From Lingula anatina (taxonomy: Eukaryota > Animalia > Brachiopoda), in the NCBI GenBank assembly GCA_051362555.1, contig CM120642.1, positions 21,328,001 to 21,392,000 on the forward strand: a stretch of 64,000 bases of DNA. Direction: 5' to 3'. Below the pieces are notes generated by a model, which saw only the letters and a program-made list of their open reading frames with translations, was not told the DNA's origin and ran no database searches. This document shows, in pieces, positions 52,185 through 64,000 of this stretch. The translations under genes were made by a program, and so were the position numbers. Every line of letters starts with the position of its first letter. Positions within the stretch are counted from its first letter, which is position 1.

Positions 52185-53290
52185 GTATTATGGGAAGACA
52201 TTGAACATTGTGACATCAACAATTGCTGTTTTATTATGGGAAGACATTAAGCATTGTGACATCAACAGTTGTTGTTTTATGGAAGACATTGAACATTGTG
52301 ACATCAACAATTGCTGTTGTATTATGGGAAGACATTGAACATTGTGACATCAACAATTGCTGTTGTATTATGGGAAGACATTGAACATTGTGACATCAAC
52401 AATTGCTGTTGTATTATGGGAAGACATTGAACATTGTGACATCAACAATTGCTGTTGTATTATGATTGTGGTTGATTGTGGTTTTATGCGCATTCAGAAC
52501 TACTTGGGATGTCTCGCGCACTCCACAATAACCTCGGACATGATAGGATGGCATCCATAGCATGCTTTGAATATTGGAAAAGGAACTACTTTCAATCCCA
52601 TGCCCAAATGACACGTGCGAAGACTAGTCGCAGTTTAGGATCAGGTTTGGATAGCTCAGAGACAATGTGCAATTTCATATTATCTGATTAGTTTTTACGA
52701 TACTGCCTAAAAATTGGAATTTAGGGAACTTGTTTCTCTGGTGTATAGGCCCTGGTTGAGTGAAAAGGCAGTTCCAGCAGAGAAATGTACCAATTTGATG
52801 CATATTCCTACACTTATCTCGTCCGAGGTTTGTATGGAGCTTTTGGAGTCCGCCGAGGATTGCCAATTGGTATATGGGAAGACACTGAACATTGTGACAT
52901 CAACAATTGTTGTTGTATTATGGGAAGACATTGAACATTGTGACATCAACAATTGCTGTTGTATTATGGGAAGACATTGAACATTGTGACATCAACAATT
53001 GCTGTTGTATTATGGGAAGACATTGAACATTGTGACATCAACAATTGCTGTTGTATTATGGGAAGACATTGAACATTGTGACATCAACAATTGCTGTTGT
53101 ATTATGGGAAGACATTGAACATTGTGACATCAGCAATTGCTGTTGTATTATGGGAAGACATTGAACATTGTGACATCAGCAATTGCTGTTGTATTATTTG
53201 AAGACATTTAACATTGTGACATCAACAATTGCTGTTGTATTATGGGAAGACATTGAACATTGTGACGTCAACAATTGCTGTTGTATTATG
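52185..53290. repeat. 46-bp minisatellite (block 2), split by a ~400-bp MITE-like fragment (~52470-52870)
   Basis: Unit attatgggaagacattgaacattgtgacatcaacaattgctgttgt. The insert has inverted subterminal motifs (ctccacaataacctcggac / gtccgaggtttgtatggag). Confidence 0.9.
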
Positions 53291-53780
53291 ATTGTGGTTG
53301 TCTACAGGAAATCATTTGGTGGTTTCTGTCCTGAAGGAGGAAATGTGCAACTGTTCACTTTTGGCTTAGTTTCTATATTTAAAGCAGCACAGGCTAAAAA
53401 GGGGTGGTCTTGCATCATTTCACTAAAAAAATGGCTAATCATCAATTTTTTGATCAATTAAATGAAAAATTACACAGAAAATTGCATACTACACTGGAGG
53501 GATACTGTGGACTGGGGGCACCAGTTGTTCCAGTGGGGTCTGTTATGGGATGATGAGGGTTACATTTCCTGGGGCCGGATACTCAGTTACTGTTGGAGTG
53601 CACAGGGTGGCATTTATGCTAAAGGAAAGGATTCTCAACATACCGAGAGAGATAGAAGTATCTCACCTGTGTGGAGACTCCTCACAGAAGCAACAATAAC
53701 AGATTACATTGTCATAATCCGGGAAGGTGCATAGGACACGGACATGGCCAAACTGTGTACATGATAATTATTATTTTAAT

Positions 53781-53860
53781 TAGGATTCCCCATAGGGGAA
53801 TACTATTGTTTTTGGTAGTATTATTAGGATTCCCCATAGGGGAATACTATTGTTTCTGGT

Positions 53861-53911
<51 letters not shown>

Positions 53912-55506
53912 GTTATTATTCTTTCCGCGCGTTTTTTTTCGCAAAAAATCTGAAATAATTTACATAGGTAGCCTATGGCCAGAATATGCCACAGACCCAG
54001 TTTCAGTGACCTTGACCTACTTTTCAAGGTCACAGGGGCTTTTAAAGGCAAAATTTGTAAAATTTGAAATTGACATTAGGCCTTAAGTATAAGCCGTATG
54101 GCTATGGGCCTAATAGTCAGTGATACTAAGGTAAATCCACATGTAATGACCTACTTTTATGCAAGTAGGTCAAGGTCAAGGTCGCTAATGGCCAAACGGG
54201 CTCAAAAAAGATTTGTTTCCGAGATCTCAGAAACCGGATATCCCAGAGCCCCGATCATAGTGGCAAATGGTGCCCTATATATTTATCTAAGGTTAGCCGT
54301 ACTTTGGTAGCGACTGCTTAATTACTTTTTTTAATATAGATTTTTAAATATTTATGACATTGCAGAAATCTTGAGTTTGGCAGTTTCTCCATGAAACACT
54401 GGTTTTTGGTCATAGCATGCTATAGTAAACTACCCCAAACATATACCCAAAACCCCCAAATCAAATGTCAAATTTGACCTTGACCCTCATTTTCAAGGTC
54501 ATTCGGCTATTTAATGGAGAAATATTGAAGTGGGCTAAAAGTGATGTTTTGTTGACTCCCCCCCCCCCAATTCGCACATGCTCTTTCAGAATATGGGGTC
54601 AAATTTAACCCATGACCTTCACATGACCTTGTAAGAGCATTTTTACACCTATTTTGCAGGGGAATCCTCCGCCACTGGCTTTAGCCAGTTGCAGTCTAGT
54701 TATTATTATTATTATTATAGTGATTCTTTCCGCGCATTTTTTTTCGCAAAAAATCTGAAATAATTATCATAGGTAGCCCATGGTAAGAATATGCCACAGA
54801 CCCAGTTTCAGTGACCTTGGCCTACTTTTCAAGGTCACAGGGGCTTTTAAAGGCAAAATTTGTAAAATTTGAAATTGCCATTAGGCCTAAAGTATAAGCC
54901 ATATGGCTAAGGGCCTTATGGCATATGATACTGAGCCAAATCCACAGATAATGACCTACTTTTATGCAAGTAGGTCAAGGTGAAGGTCGCTCATGGCCAA
55001 ACATGCTCAAAAAGGTTTGTTTCCAAGATCTCCAAAACCGGATATCCCAGAGCCCCAATCTTAGTGGCAAATGATGCCCTATATATTTATCTAAGGTTAG
55101 CCTTACTTTGGTAGCGATTGCCTAATTACTTTCTTTAATATCGATTTTTAAATATTTATGACATCGCAGAAATCTTGAGTTTGGCAATTTCTCCATGAAA
55201 CACTGGTTTTTGGTCATAGCATGCTATAGTAAACTACCCCAAACATATACCCAAAAACCCCAAATCAAATGTCAAATTTGACCTTGACCCTCATTTTCAA
55301 GGTCATTTGGCTATTTCATGGAGAAATATTGAAGTGGGCTAAAAGTGATGTTTTGTTGACCCCCCCCCCCCCCCCAATTCGCATATGCTCTTTCAGAATA
55401 TGGGATCAAATTTAACCCATGACCTTCACATGACCTTGTAAGAGCATTTCCGCACATATTTTGCAGGGGAATCCTCTGCCACTGGCTTTAGCCAGTTGCA
55501 GTCTAG
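53781..55506 (+). mobile_element. Head-to-tail dimer of a second HINE/Helentron family
   Basis: 5' AGGATTCCCCATAGGGGAAT palindrome (doubled), a (TAT)n microsatellite, 3' GGGGAATCCT, hairpin actggct-tt-agccagt, and CTAG|tt at both 54699 and 55506. Confidence 0.85.
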
Positions 55507-55688
55507 TTTATTTTATTTTTTATTTTTTATTTATTTATTTTTTACATTTACTTAATTCTAGATTTCTCAATTATATTTTTAAGTTTTAAGTAGAAGAAAG
55601 ACCAACAAACTTGTGTATATTTAAAAACCAGTTTATTACAGAGTAGTATCTTGAAATCATACATTTTCTTTTAAGTACATGTTCTCTT

Positions 55689-55991
55689 TGGCCACATTCA
55701 CATCGAGTTGAGCCATGGCTCTACAAAGCCACAACCTAAATATGGCAGACATACATGAAAGAAAAAACGCCTAATCTTTTAATAGTTTCTCTGCCTCTCA
55801 CACGCCTCCCCATGCGTCGTCCCTGCGGGGGGGGACAGTCATTAAATCTCAGCTCCTTTGGGATGATACATGGGGAGGCGTGTGAGAGGCGGAGAGACTA
55901 TTAAAAGATTAGGCAGTTTTCCTGTCATGTACCTCCGCCATATTTAGGTCGCTTTGAAGAGCCATGGCTCAGCCCGATGTGAATGCGGCTA
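55689..55991. mobile_element. Foldback MITE with ~135-bp inverted arms
   Basis: gccacattcacatcg...cacacgcctccccatg versus catggggaggcgtgtg...cgatgtgaatgcggc. A diverged half copy lies at ~46250-46410. Confidence 0.8.
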
Positions 55992-56005
55992 TTGAATAAC
56001 TGTGA

Positions 56006-56678
56006 TCAGGAAATACAAGTTTTGGCATCATTGCATTTTCTATAGTCATTACTTTTCAATGCTTTAGATCTGTCATACTTTATGTAGCGATTAAGGATTC
56101 TCCTTCTAGCTCTTAACTTGAATGCAAGTGTCTTATTGTGATTCACTCTCATTTGCATCTGTTTTTCATCTTTTTCCAGATATTTAAAGACTGAAGAAGT
56201 TGGCACAATACCAACAGAGGCCATCTTACTCAAAGTGAATAGTTTAAGTCCATTATTCCTTAAGTGGATTGCACTGCAAAGTTCCAAGAAAAGGTGACAT
56301 CTTTATTATTAGTTTTCTGAAATGTCCGGTTTAATTAAAGACTCCACTTTTTGTGTGTTGGTACTAATTAAGTTTTGTTAATTCAATTGCCTTTGGGCCC
56401 AGTGTATAATTTAGGCACTGTCTCAAGATTTGCATGTCTTCAGTGTTGCTAAAGTCTAGTTTGCCTTTCTCAGGGAAAATTGTTTCTGAGCCACCTTTAC
56501 ATACATAAGAGTACTTTAAACAATTTTCACAATCACTATTGTAACAGCTAACAATATAGTCAATAACATAACTTGGTGCTCTTTTTATCAACTCTGTGTC
56601 CCCTTGATTTGCTCTAAAGCAAGCATCAAATTCAGAATAGCAGCGCATTGCTATGCACTGAGCAAAGCATTTTTGCAT
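56006..56678 (-). pseudogene. Frameshifted C-terminal fragment of a DDE transposase (Kolobok/Mutator-like type)
   Basis: ORFs 56364-56678 and 56006-56287 are bridged by frameshifted TNTQKVESL..NRTFQKTNNKDVTFS...CSAIHLRNNG. This resembles the T-N-T-Q-x-x-E-S...K..TF...SA+H..NNG segment around the catalytic Glu of such transposases (motif recalled, not searched). Confidence 0.5.
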
Positions 56679-56749
56679 TTTGTCATCTAGTGTTTTTTTT
56701 TTGTTTTTTTTTTGCTGGAAACACTTGACCAGAAGATGGTGCTTTTTCT

Positions 56750-57130
56750 ATTTTTATGTACAGACACAGATGTGTCTGTACATATTGCCATCATCTGCGT
56801 CTGTCGTCGCCGTCGCCGATGCCGATGCCGCGCCGTGCACTTTCCTTGTAAACACGATAAGTGGAACACAGTTTTACTTTTTGGCTTTATATTTACAGAG
56901 CTGATGAATATTCATAAAACGCAGTTATGCTGTTTTTTCACTTTTCAGCATATATGCAACACTGTAAACACATTTAAAGGAAAACCAATAGGCCTGTTGT
57001 ATTGAAACTTACAGGAGTACTCAATCTTACTAAAATGCAGGTCAAGTTCAAAAATCGGCATGATCGGGCCACTATTTTAGTACTTATGCTGTTTTTTCAT
57101 TTTTCAGCATATATGCAACACTGTAAACAC
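56750..57130 (+). mobile_element. Third HINE-like family (5' part); related copies at ~46880-47340, ~51430-51730 and inverted near 61800-62372
   Basis: tttttatGTACAGACACA-ga-TGTGTCTGTAC 5' palindrome followed by a (cgtcgc)-type microsatellite and shared ~162-bp unit sequence. Confidence 0.65.
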
Positions 57131-57517
57131 AATATAAGAACAAGGCAGCAAAGCTGTCAAATGTACAGACAAAAAACAGAAAATAAAGATGCAAAATAGG
57201 CCATTTTGTCAATTTTGATGCAATAATAAATAATGCTTATAATAACACAGTCAGTTAACACCGATTTTTAATCATGCACAACAGGTAACATGGTCAATAA
57301 CAGGAGAAGATCCAGAGATATTTTCTGACAGTATTCCAAAGTATCTTTGTTGATCCATCCTCCACTTTTGATGGTCTTCCAACAGAAAAAAATTGATACC
57401 AGTCAATGTAAACTTTAAAATCTGACCGTCATCTGAAAGACCCAGAAGACGGCCTCATTCCACCCCTGCAATAAGATTACAGTTTCTGGACTATGAGAGT
57501 TCAAATTCACAGAATAA

Positions 57518-60046
57518 AAATAATAATAATATAATAATATATTTATTTCAAGTCTAAAATCCATAAAATGTTCAATAGACTGTACAACATGAAATACAAA
57601 GAAGTTTATAGATAAAAATGGTTAAGATATATTTTACATAAATAAGAGCTAAACTAACTTAATTGTAATAAACAGTAATTAAAAGTAAATAATCCAAGGT
57701 TTCTTTAAAATTATAAAATTTAAGATTCGTGAATAAAATGTCTTAAAAATATGAGTTTTTAATTCCTTTTTAAAAGATTCTTGTGATTCTATTTGTCTAA
57801 TAAAAATTGGCAACTTATTCCACTCTACTGGTGCAGCTACACAAAATGATATGTCACCATATGATTTTAACCTTGATTTTGGAACTTTCAGTAAAAGTTT
57901 GTCACCAGACCTCAGGGATCTTTGAGGGCTATAATGTTTGACTAAATCAGTTATATATGGTGGAGCTAGATTATAAAAAGCAGCATGTGTAAAAACTAAA
58001 ACCTTAAATAAAATTCTGGCCCTAACTGGTAACCAGTGCAGATGCTTTAAAATTGGAGTGATATGGCAATCCCTAGGCTGTAGCATTAAAAGCCGTGCTG
58101 ATATATTCTGGATGCGTTGTAATCTTTTGATCTTATCATCTGGACATCCATATAATATAGAATTGCAATAGTCTAGCCTGGAAGTTACCAATGAGTGTAT
58201 AACAGTAGCAGCAGCAGATTGATTCAGATGTTTCCTTATGGTACCAATATTCCGAATGTTGAATAAACAAGACCTTGTGATGTTGGAGATCTGTTTGTCC
58301 ATTGAAAGTGTAGAATCAAAGTATACTCCTAAATTTTTTACATGGGGGGAGGAAAATGCCATACTAGCTCCAATTTTAAGTTGCAAGTTATGAGCAAGGC
58401 CCTTGTTGTGGGGTTGAGTAATGACTAAAAATTCTGTTTTTCCATCATTTATCTTCAATTTGTTTGAAATGAGCCAACCTCTGAGGTCTGATATGCAATC
58501 AACAATTGTGTTCACAGACAATGCTGGATCATGGATGTTACAAGATGTGTACAACTGGGTATCATCGGCATAAAAGTGGTAACCTATCTTATGATAATGC
58601 AGAATTGCTCCAAGGGGTAAGGTGTAAACACAAAACTTAAGCGGGCCAAGCACGCTCCCCTGAGGAACACCAAATAAAAGCTGTGAGAGTTCAGAAAGCA
58701 CACCATTTATATTAACTTGATGCATTCTCCCAACAAGATAGGATCGTAAAAGATCTAAGGCCTTATCTCTAACCCCTACACTCTGCTCTAGAAATGTCAA
58801 TAAAATATTATGGTCTACTGTGTCAAACGCAGCAGACAAATCTAACAGTACCAATAACATAGCAGAATGTTTGTCAACACCACTTAACAAATCATTTTTA
58901 ATTCTCAAAAGTGCAGATTCTGTGCTATGATTGAATTTGTAGGCTGACTGCATTTCCTCAACAAGATTGTTTGCTTCTAAATGCTTAAATAGTCTAACTG
59001 CTATAACCCTTTCTACTACCTTAGATAAAAATGACAAATTGGAAACAGGACTATAGTTTACCAAAAGATCCGTGTCAAGGTTGTCCTTTTTGAGTAGTGG
59101 GCGAATTATTGCAGATTTAAACTTTTTTGGAAAAACACCCACAGTGAAACATTTGTTGATAATTTCCACAATCAAAGTTATTACAGCCGGAAGAATCTGA
59201 ACCAATAATGATGATGGGATCGGGTCTAACATGCATGATGTCTTTTTGGAACTGTTTATTATCTTTGTTACTTCACAGGTGGTTGTTGGTTCAAATATAG
59301 TGATGAGTGACTGCGGTTCTTGTAAAAGTTCTGACAAAGGTGGATGCGATGGTGTAGTCACAGTCTTTCCTAATTCAGAAAGTTCAGCGTTGATATTACT
59401 GACTTTAGTCACGAAAAAGTCACTCATGTTATTTGCAAGATCTTTCACTGAATCTGTTTTGGGGTACTTAGAGCAATTAGTTTTTCCCAGAATAGTGTTG
59501 ACAGTTCTAAATAAAGCCTTGGTATCACCATCACATTCTTGTATCATGTTAGAATAATACGTTTCTTTAGCTTGACAGATTAATTTGTTTACATGACAAC
59601 ATGCTTCTTTATAGATCTGATGATGAACAGTTAATTTACTACCTCGCCACTTCCTCTCCGCTTTCCTTCTGTCTCTCTTTGCCTCCAGAATGTGATCATT
59701 CATCCAAGGTTGCAGATCTTTCTTAACAAACGTTTTAGTTTTGACAGGTGCAAGGTTGTCAAGTGCAGTTGTCAATGTCCTGTCATACAGAAGCACACAT
59801 TCCTCAGGACTCAAATTATCAAAACTTAAATCACCCAGCTGTGATGTAATCTGTCGTTGTAATTCATTTACATCAATGCCCTTGATTTTTCTGAACGAGA
59901 CTTTCTCCTTACTGGGGTGCGGTCTGCCACATCTAAGCGTGGTGTTGATAACATGATGGTCAGAAAGTAAATGCCCTACCTCACATGATGTTACAAGTGA
60001 ATCACTTTCCCTAGCCAATACCATATCAAGCGTATGACCGCGAACA
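57518..60046 (-). mobile_element. 5'-truncated L2/CR1-group non-LTR retrotransposon
   Basis: ORF2 (next feature), a short 3' UTR with AATAAA and a (TAT)n-like tail near 57518-57548. No clear TSD. Confidence 0.92.
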
Positions 60047-60054
60047 AATCCCAA
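57679..60054 (-). CDS. LINE ORF2 (C-terminal end of APE endonuclease + reverse transcriptase), N-terminally truncated, 791 codons open
   Basis: GHTLDMV and SDHH (endonuclease end), LLDLSAAFDTVDH, GVPQGSVLGP, YADDTQLY, KTEFL, NLGVYFD and LHWLPV typical of the L2/Crack/CR1 group. The conserved NYRP reads NYSP. Confidence 0.93.
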   Translation of the reverse strand: MGFVRGHTLDMVLARESDSLVTSCEVGHLLSDHHVINTTLRCGRPHPSKEKVSFRKIKGIDVNELQRQITSQLGDLSFDNLSPEECVLLYDRTLTTALDNLAPVKTKTFVKKDLQPWMNDHILEAKRDRRKAERKWRGSKLTVHHQIYKEACCHVNKLICQAKETYYSNMIQECDGDTKALFRTVNTILGKTNCSKYPKTDSVKDLANNMSDFFVTKVSNINAELSELGKTVTTPSHPPLSELLQEPQSLITIFEPTTTCEVTKIINSSKKTSCMLDPIPSSLLVQILPAVITLIVEIINKCFTVGVFPKKFKSAIIRPLLKKDNLDTDLLVNYSPVSNLSFLSKVVERVIAVRLFKHLEANNLVEEMQSAYKFNHSTESALLRIKNDLLSGVDKHSAMLLVLLDLSAAFDTVDHNILLTFLEQSVGVRDKALDLLRSYLVGRMHQVNINGVLSELSQLLFGVPQGSVLGPLKFCVYTLPLGAILHYHKIGYHFYADDTQLYTSCNIHDPALSVNTIVDCISDLRGWLISNKLKINDGKTEFLVITQPHNKGLAHNLQLKIGASMAFSSPHVKNLGVYFDSTLSMDKQISNITRSCLFNIRNIGTIRKHLNQSAAATVIHSLVTSRLDYCNSILYGCPDDKIKRLQRIQNISARLLMLQPRDCHITPILKHLHWLPVRARILFKVLVFTHAAFYNLAPPYITDLVKHYSPQRSLRSGDKLLLKVPKSRLKSYGDISFCVAAPVEWNKLPIFIRQIESQESFKKELKTHIFKTFYSRILNFIILKKPWIIYF

Positions 60055-60619
60055 TATTTGAAAAATGTTGAAAGTGCATAAAATAATATTACATAATGTT
60101 TAAAGACATAAAAACCTATGCAACTGCTTATGTGGAAATACAGAAAATCTGAAGAGCTTCAGGTGGATGGGAGTTGAAAATGCCAGTGTTTAGAAAAAAA
60201 AATTAAAAAGAAAACAAAAAAAAAAAAAAAAAAAAAAATTCCAATAAAGCTGCTATTCAAACTTTTAATCTTCCTGTATTAACATGATATGAATAACCCC
60301 AATGTGTTTGAGGATAATAAGGCACTGTTATTCATCTATAGCATTAATGTTGGCATTACACAAATGTTTTTTCTTTTGTAAACTTATTTGCAATATTAAA
60401 CAACATTTTTGTGCATTTGTGCATAATTATCACCAATTCCTAATTATGTGACACAGTTAAGAGAGCTTAACCTATAGGACTTGAATGGGAAATCTCAATG
60501 TGTGTTTTATGTAATCTTATTTAATGGGCACTTGAAAATCAATTAGGCAAGTAATTTTATAGCTCTGAATTTAGCTAGTGATTATCCCAAGGGACAATTA
60601 CCACCATCCATAAACAGTA

Positions 60620-63370
60620 GCCCCATATACTGTAGCACTCCATAGAGCTGCATTGCTTCCAAAACAGAAAACAATCACACTGATTTCCAACACAAGCTAC
60701 ACTTCAGTCCTATGAAACTTTTCAGTAAGTTAGAATATCATAAGTAAAATGGTTTTTCCTTAGTGGTCATCCCAGCAGCGATGTCCAAAAAAGGTTTTTT
60801 TTCATCTTTTATGCAATTTAACATAATGCTTAACAGCACAATGGCCATCAATTTTTAATAATAAAGTAAATGTATCATAGCTATTCAAAAGATGTGACTA
60901 GCAATCGTATTCAAGCCAATGGAAGTTCAAAGACTAAGTCACACCTTGAAAATGTCCATATGTGAAAATTTTAATTGTAACAAAAAACTATATAATTTCC
61001 AAGAAAGTTAACCGATATAACAGGTTTTCCAACTGAAGCTATAATTTAGTGCTATGCTACATTTCTGTAAGTTTGAGAAGAGTAAGTGACTTGGTTTTCC
61101 TTTAATGGTCACTATGGAGGCATTGTCTAAAATGGGGTTGTCTTCAATTTTGATGCAATATTACATAATGCTTAACAGCATAATGACCATCAATTTTTAA
61201 TAATAAAATAAAAGTATCATGGATATTCAGAAAATTTGATATGGAAAGGTCTTCAGGGCCATGGAAGTTCAGAGTCACAACTTCAAAATGCACACAGGAG
61301 ATAACTGTACTGAAATGAATTTCTTTCCACTTTCAACACTTTTTTTACATATATCAAAATAATCAATTTACTGTCGTTTTTAAATGATCAACTAAGAAAG
61401 TTGTTGACATAGGAAAAATATCAATAGAACAATTTTAAATGTCCAATTTGTTCCATTCTGAGATTCTGAACATGGTGAATGATTGAATCTGACAAACTGT
61501 AAAGATATGAGTTTATTTCCATTTTGACACTTTATTACACAATGCACAATAACAGGTTTACCATCATTTTTATATAATCAACTAACAATATTGTTAAGAT
61601 GCAGAAAATGTTAAAAGGACACCTTTACATTACTAATTAGTTCACAAATGAGATTGTTAACATGCCTAAGAATTAAATCCGAGGAAAAAAGACTTAAAAA
61701 AGGCACAATTTCACCAAAACTGAACTGATCAAGCTTAATTTCGAACCTCATCTGTATTTTAGTAAATCTGATCACCCCTGTGAATTTCAAGACGATTGGC
61801 TAATTGATTTTCCTTGAAATGTGTTTTCAGTGTTGCACATATGCTGAAATAGTGAAAAAACAGCATAACTTCCAAAAAAATGGCCCAATCAGGCAGATTT
61901 TCGAACTTGACCTGCGTATTATGAATATTCATCATTTCAGTAACTTATAAGCCAAAAAGTAAAACAATTTTTCGCTTATCGTGTTATCGGTGTTGCATTT
62001 ATGCTGAAAAAAATGAAAAAAATAGCATAACTTCCACAAATATGGCCCGATCATGCTGATTTTCGAACTTGACCTGTGTTTTATGAATATTCATCAGTTC
62101 TGTAAGTTTCAAGCCAAAAGGTAAAACGGTTTTTCACTTATCGTGTTATCGGTGTTGCATTTATGCTGAAAAAAATGAAAAAATAGCATAACTTCCACAA
62201 ATATGGCCCGATCATGCTGATTTTCGAACTTGACCTGCGTATTATGAATATTCATCAGTTCTGTAAGTTTCAAGCCAAAAGGTAAAACAGTTTTTCACTT
62301 ATCGTGTTATCGGTGTTGCATTTATGCTGAAAAAAATGCATAACTTCCCTACATCTGTGTCTGTACATAAAAACAGATAGACCAATTGTCATTAAACTCA
62401 CAGTAGTGGTCAATCTTACTTAAACACAGGTTGAGTTCGAAAATCAGCATAATCGGGCCATTATTTTAGAAGTTATGCTGTTTTTTCAAATTTCTTCAGA
62501 TTCAATTCTTAGGCATGTTAACAGTCTCATTATTTAACTAATAAGATACGTAAAAGTGTTTGTTTGACATATCCTGCATCTTTACCACAGTGTTTTGATT
62601 TTGTAAAAATGATGGTAAACTTGTTATCGTGCATTGTGTAATAAAGTTTCAAAAATGGAAATAAACTCATATCATTTCAGTTTGTCAGATTGAATCATTC
62701 ACTATGTTCAGAAACTCAGAATGGAGGAAATTGGACATTTAACACTATTCTATTGATATTTTTCCCCTCTCATCAATTTTCTTAGTTGATCATATAAAAA
62801 TGGCAGTAAACTGTTAATTTTGTTTTATGTTAAAAAATTGTTAAAAATGGGAAAACACCCATTTCAGAACAGTGCTGTCTTGTTTACATTTTGGCATTTT
62901 CCAGGTGTGACTTTGAAGTTCCATGGGCCTGAAGACCTTTGCTAGTCACATTTTCTGAATATCCATGATACTAATATTTTATTATTAAAAATTGATGGTC
63001 ATTATGCTGTTAAACATTATGTAATGTTGCATCAAAGTTTGAAGAAACCCCTATTTTGGGCACTGCTCCCATGATGACCATGTAAGGAAAACCATGTCAC
63101 TTACTGTTCTTAAACTTAAAGGAAAGAATCACAGGACTAAAATGCAGCTTCAGTAAGCAATGCAATCTTTTTGGTAAATTTTTTCTGCCAATTAAACAGT
63201 TTTTTTTTGTGAAAATTTAACTTTTCACATATTGGCATTTTCAAAGTGTGACTTAGAACCTCCACGGGCTTGAAGACCCATGCTAGTCACATTTTCTGAA
63301 AATCCATTATACATATATTTTATTATTAAAAGTTGATGGTCATTATGCTGTTAAGCATTATGCAATATTG
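60620..63370. repeat. ~2.7-kb diverged inverted repeat (arms ~60.7-61.7 kb and ~62.5-63.37 kb) around a ~162-bp tandem repeat x3
   Basis: For example 61430-61500 is the reverse complement of 62678-62742, and 61645-61680 of 62495-62530. atcggtgttgc occurs at 61986, 62148 and 62309. The right arm is also duplicated in direct orientation at ~48540-49070. Confidence 0.8.
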
Positions 63371-63378
63371 CATTAAAA

Positions 63379-64000
63379 CAGTGTATGAAATGGCCGCCAG
63401 CCCGCCAGCCCGAGGCTGGTAACTTTCAGGCCGGGCGGGTAAGATTTGCAAATTACCCGCCCGACGGGCTGGCTATTTTTACAGCCTATTTTCACCTTTT
63501 ATTTTGTCTATGTTCACAAGCGATTTCAGCAAAATATCAAATAAATTCCAGTGTTCTCAATAATCTTTTTAAAATCCGAGTCCATGGGACTCACATGTTT
63601 GACAAAATGTGAGTCCCATGTAAATTTTTCGAGTCATTCTCTTGAAGAAGAAAAAAAAATAAGTACCATTTAGAATTGCACAAATGTGTTTATTGAAATA
63701 CATGTAACAGGTCAAAATTATGTAAAAATATAGCAAAATAAAAATATAACATCTTACAAAACATCTTTTTAAAAATAAAATTCTGCAGACTCATTGTACC
63801 AGGACTAGTCTACTAGAGAACGAAACTCAGTAAGTTTCTGTCAAATAAAACCAGTACTTTTCTGTTTTAGAAATATTGACTTTAAAACTACTTTGAATGC
63901 TTCCAAGATCATTTACAGTACGGTAATGACTCAATCTTTTCAATGGGGAAAAATTACAAATTTTTCAACGATGTAAATTTTATATCATGAAAATATATTT
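63379..64000 (+). mobile_element. Left end of a probable hAT-like non-autonomous element (runs off window)
   Basis: Abrupt CAGTG start with repeated GC-rich subterminal motifs (gccagccc, cccgcccg). A second CAGTGTTCTC start lies near 63550. Confidence 0.4.

Noticed and set aside
52476-52866. LHNNLGH / LHTNLGR motifs suggesting an integrase zinc-binding domain
   Set aside because: The two similar peptides on opposite strands arise from the insert's inverted repeats, and there is no CxxC or DDE core.
59231-59956. Plus-strand ORFs of 108 and 71 aa
   Set aside because: They are antisense shadows of the LINE ORF2.

Overview
AT-rich, repeat-dense eukaryotic DNA, most likely from an invertebrate animal (inference from GT-AG introns, an L2/CR1-type LINE and Helentron-like elements). 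No intact host protein-coding gene was found. Positions 1-30.1 kb are a two-level tandem array. Each macro-unit has a ~560-bp constant block plus 3-10 copies of a 194-bp hairpin-rich subrepeat. The constant block contains a ~286-nt minus-strand exon-like segment with canonical splice sites but no reading frame that survives splicing. Further minus-strand exon candidates lie upstream: a diverged copy at 32.6 kb, a coding-derived Pro/Thr-rich 111-nt exon at 33.7 kb and a perfect GTAAGT donor at 35.6 kb. Together these suggest a long spliced, pseudogene-derived non-coding transcript whose exon+intron unit was amplified at least 15 times. The array is interrupted by a TIR element, a DINE-1/HINE-like Helentron with a nested MITE, and a short foreign patch. 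The right half holds decayed HEATR3-like exons (+), minisatellites, many MITEs and HINEs, a transposase relic, a 5'-truncated but open L2-type ORF2 and a ~2.7-kb foldback. All calls are by eye; no searches were run.
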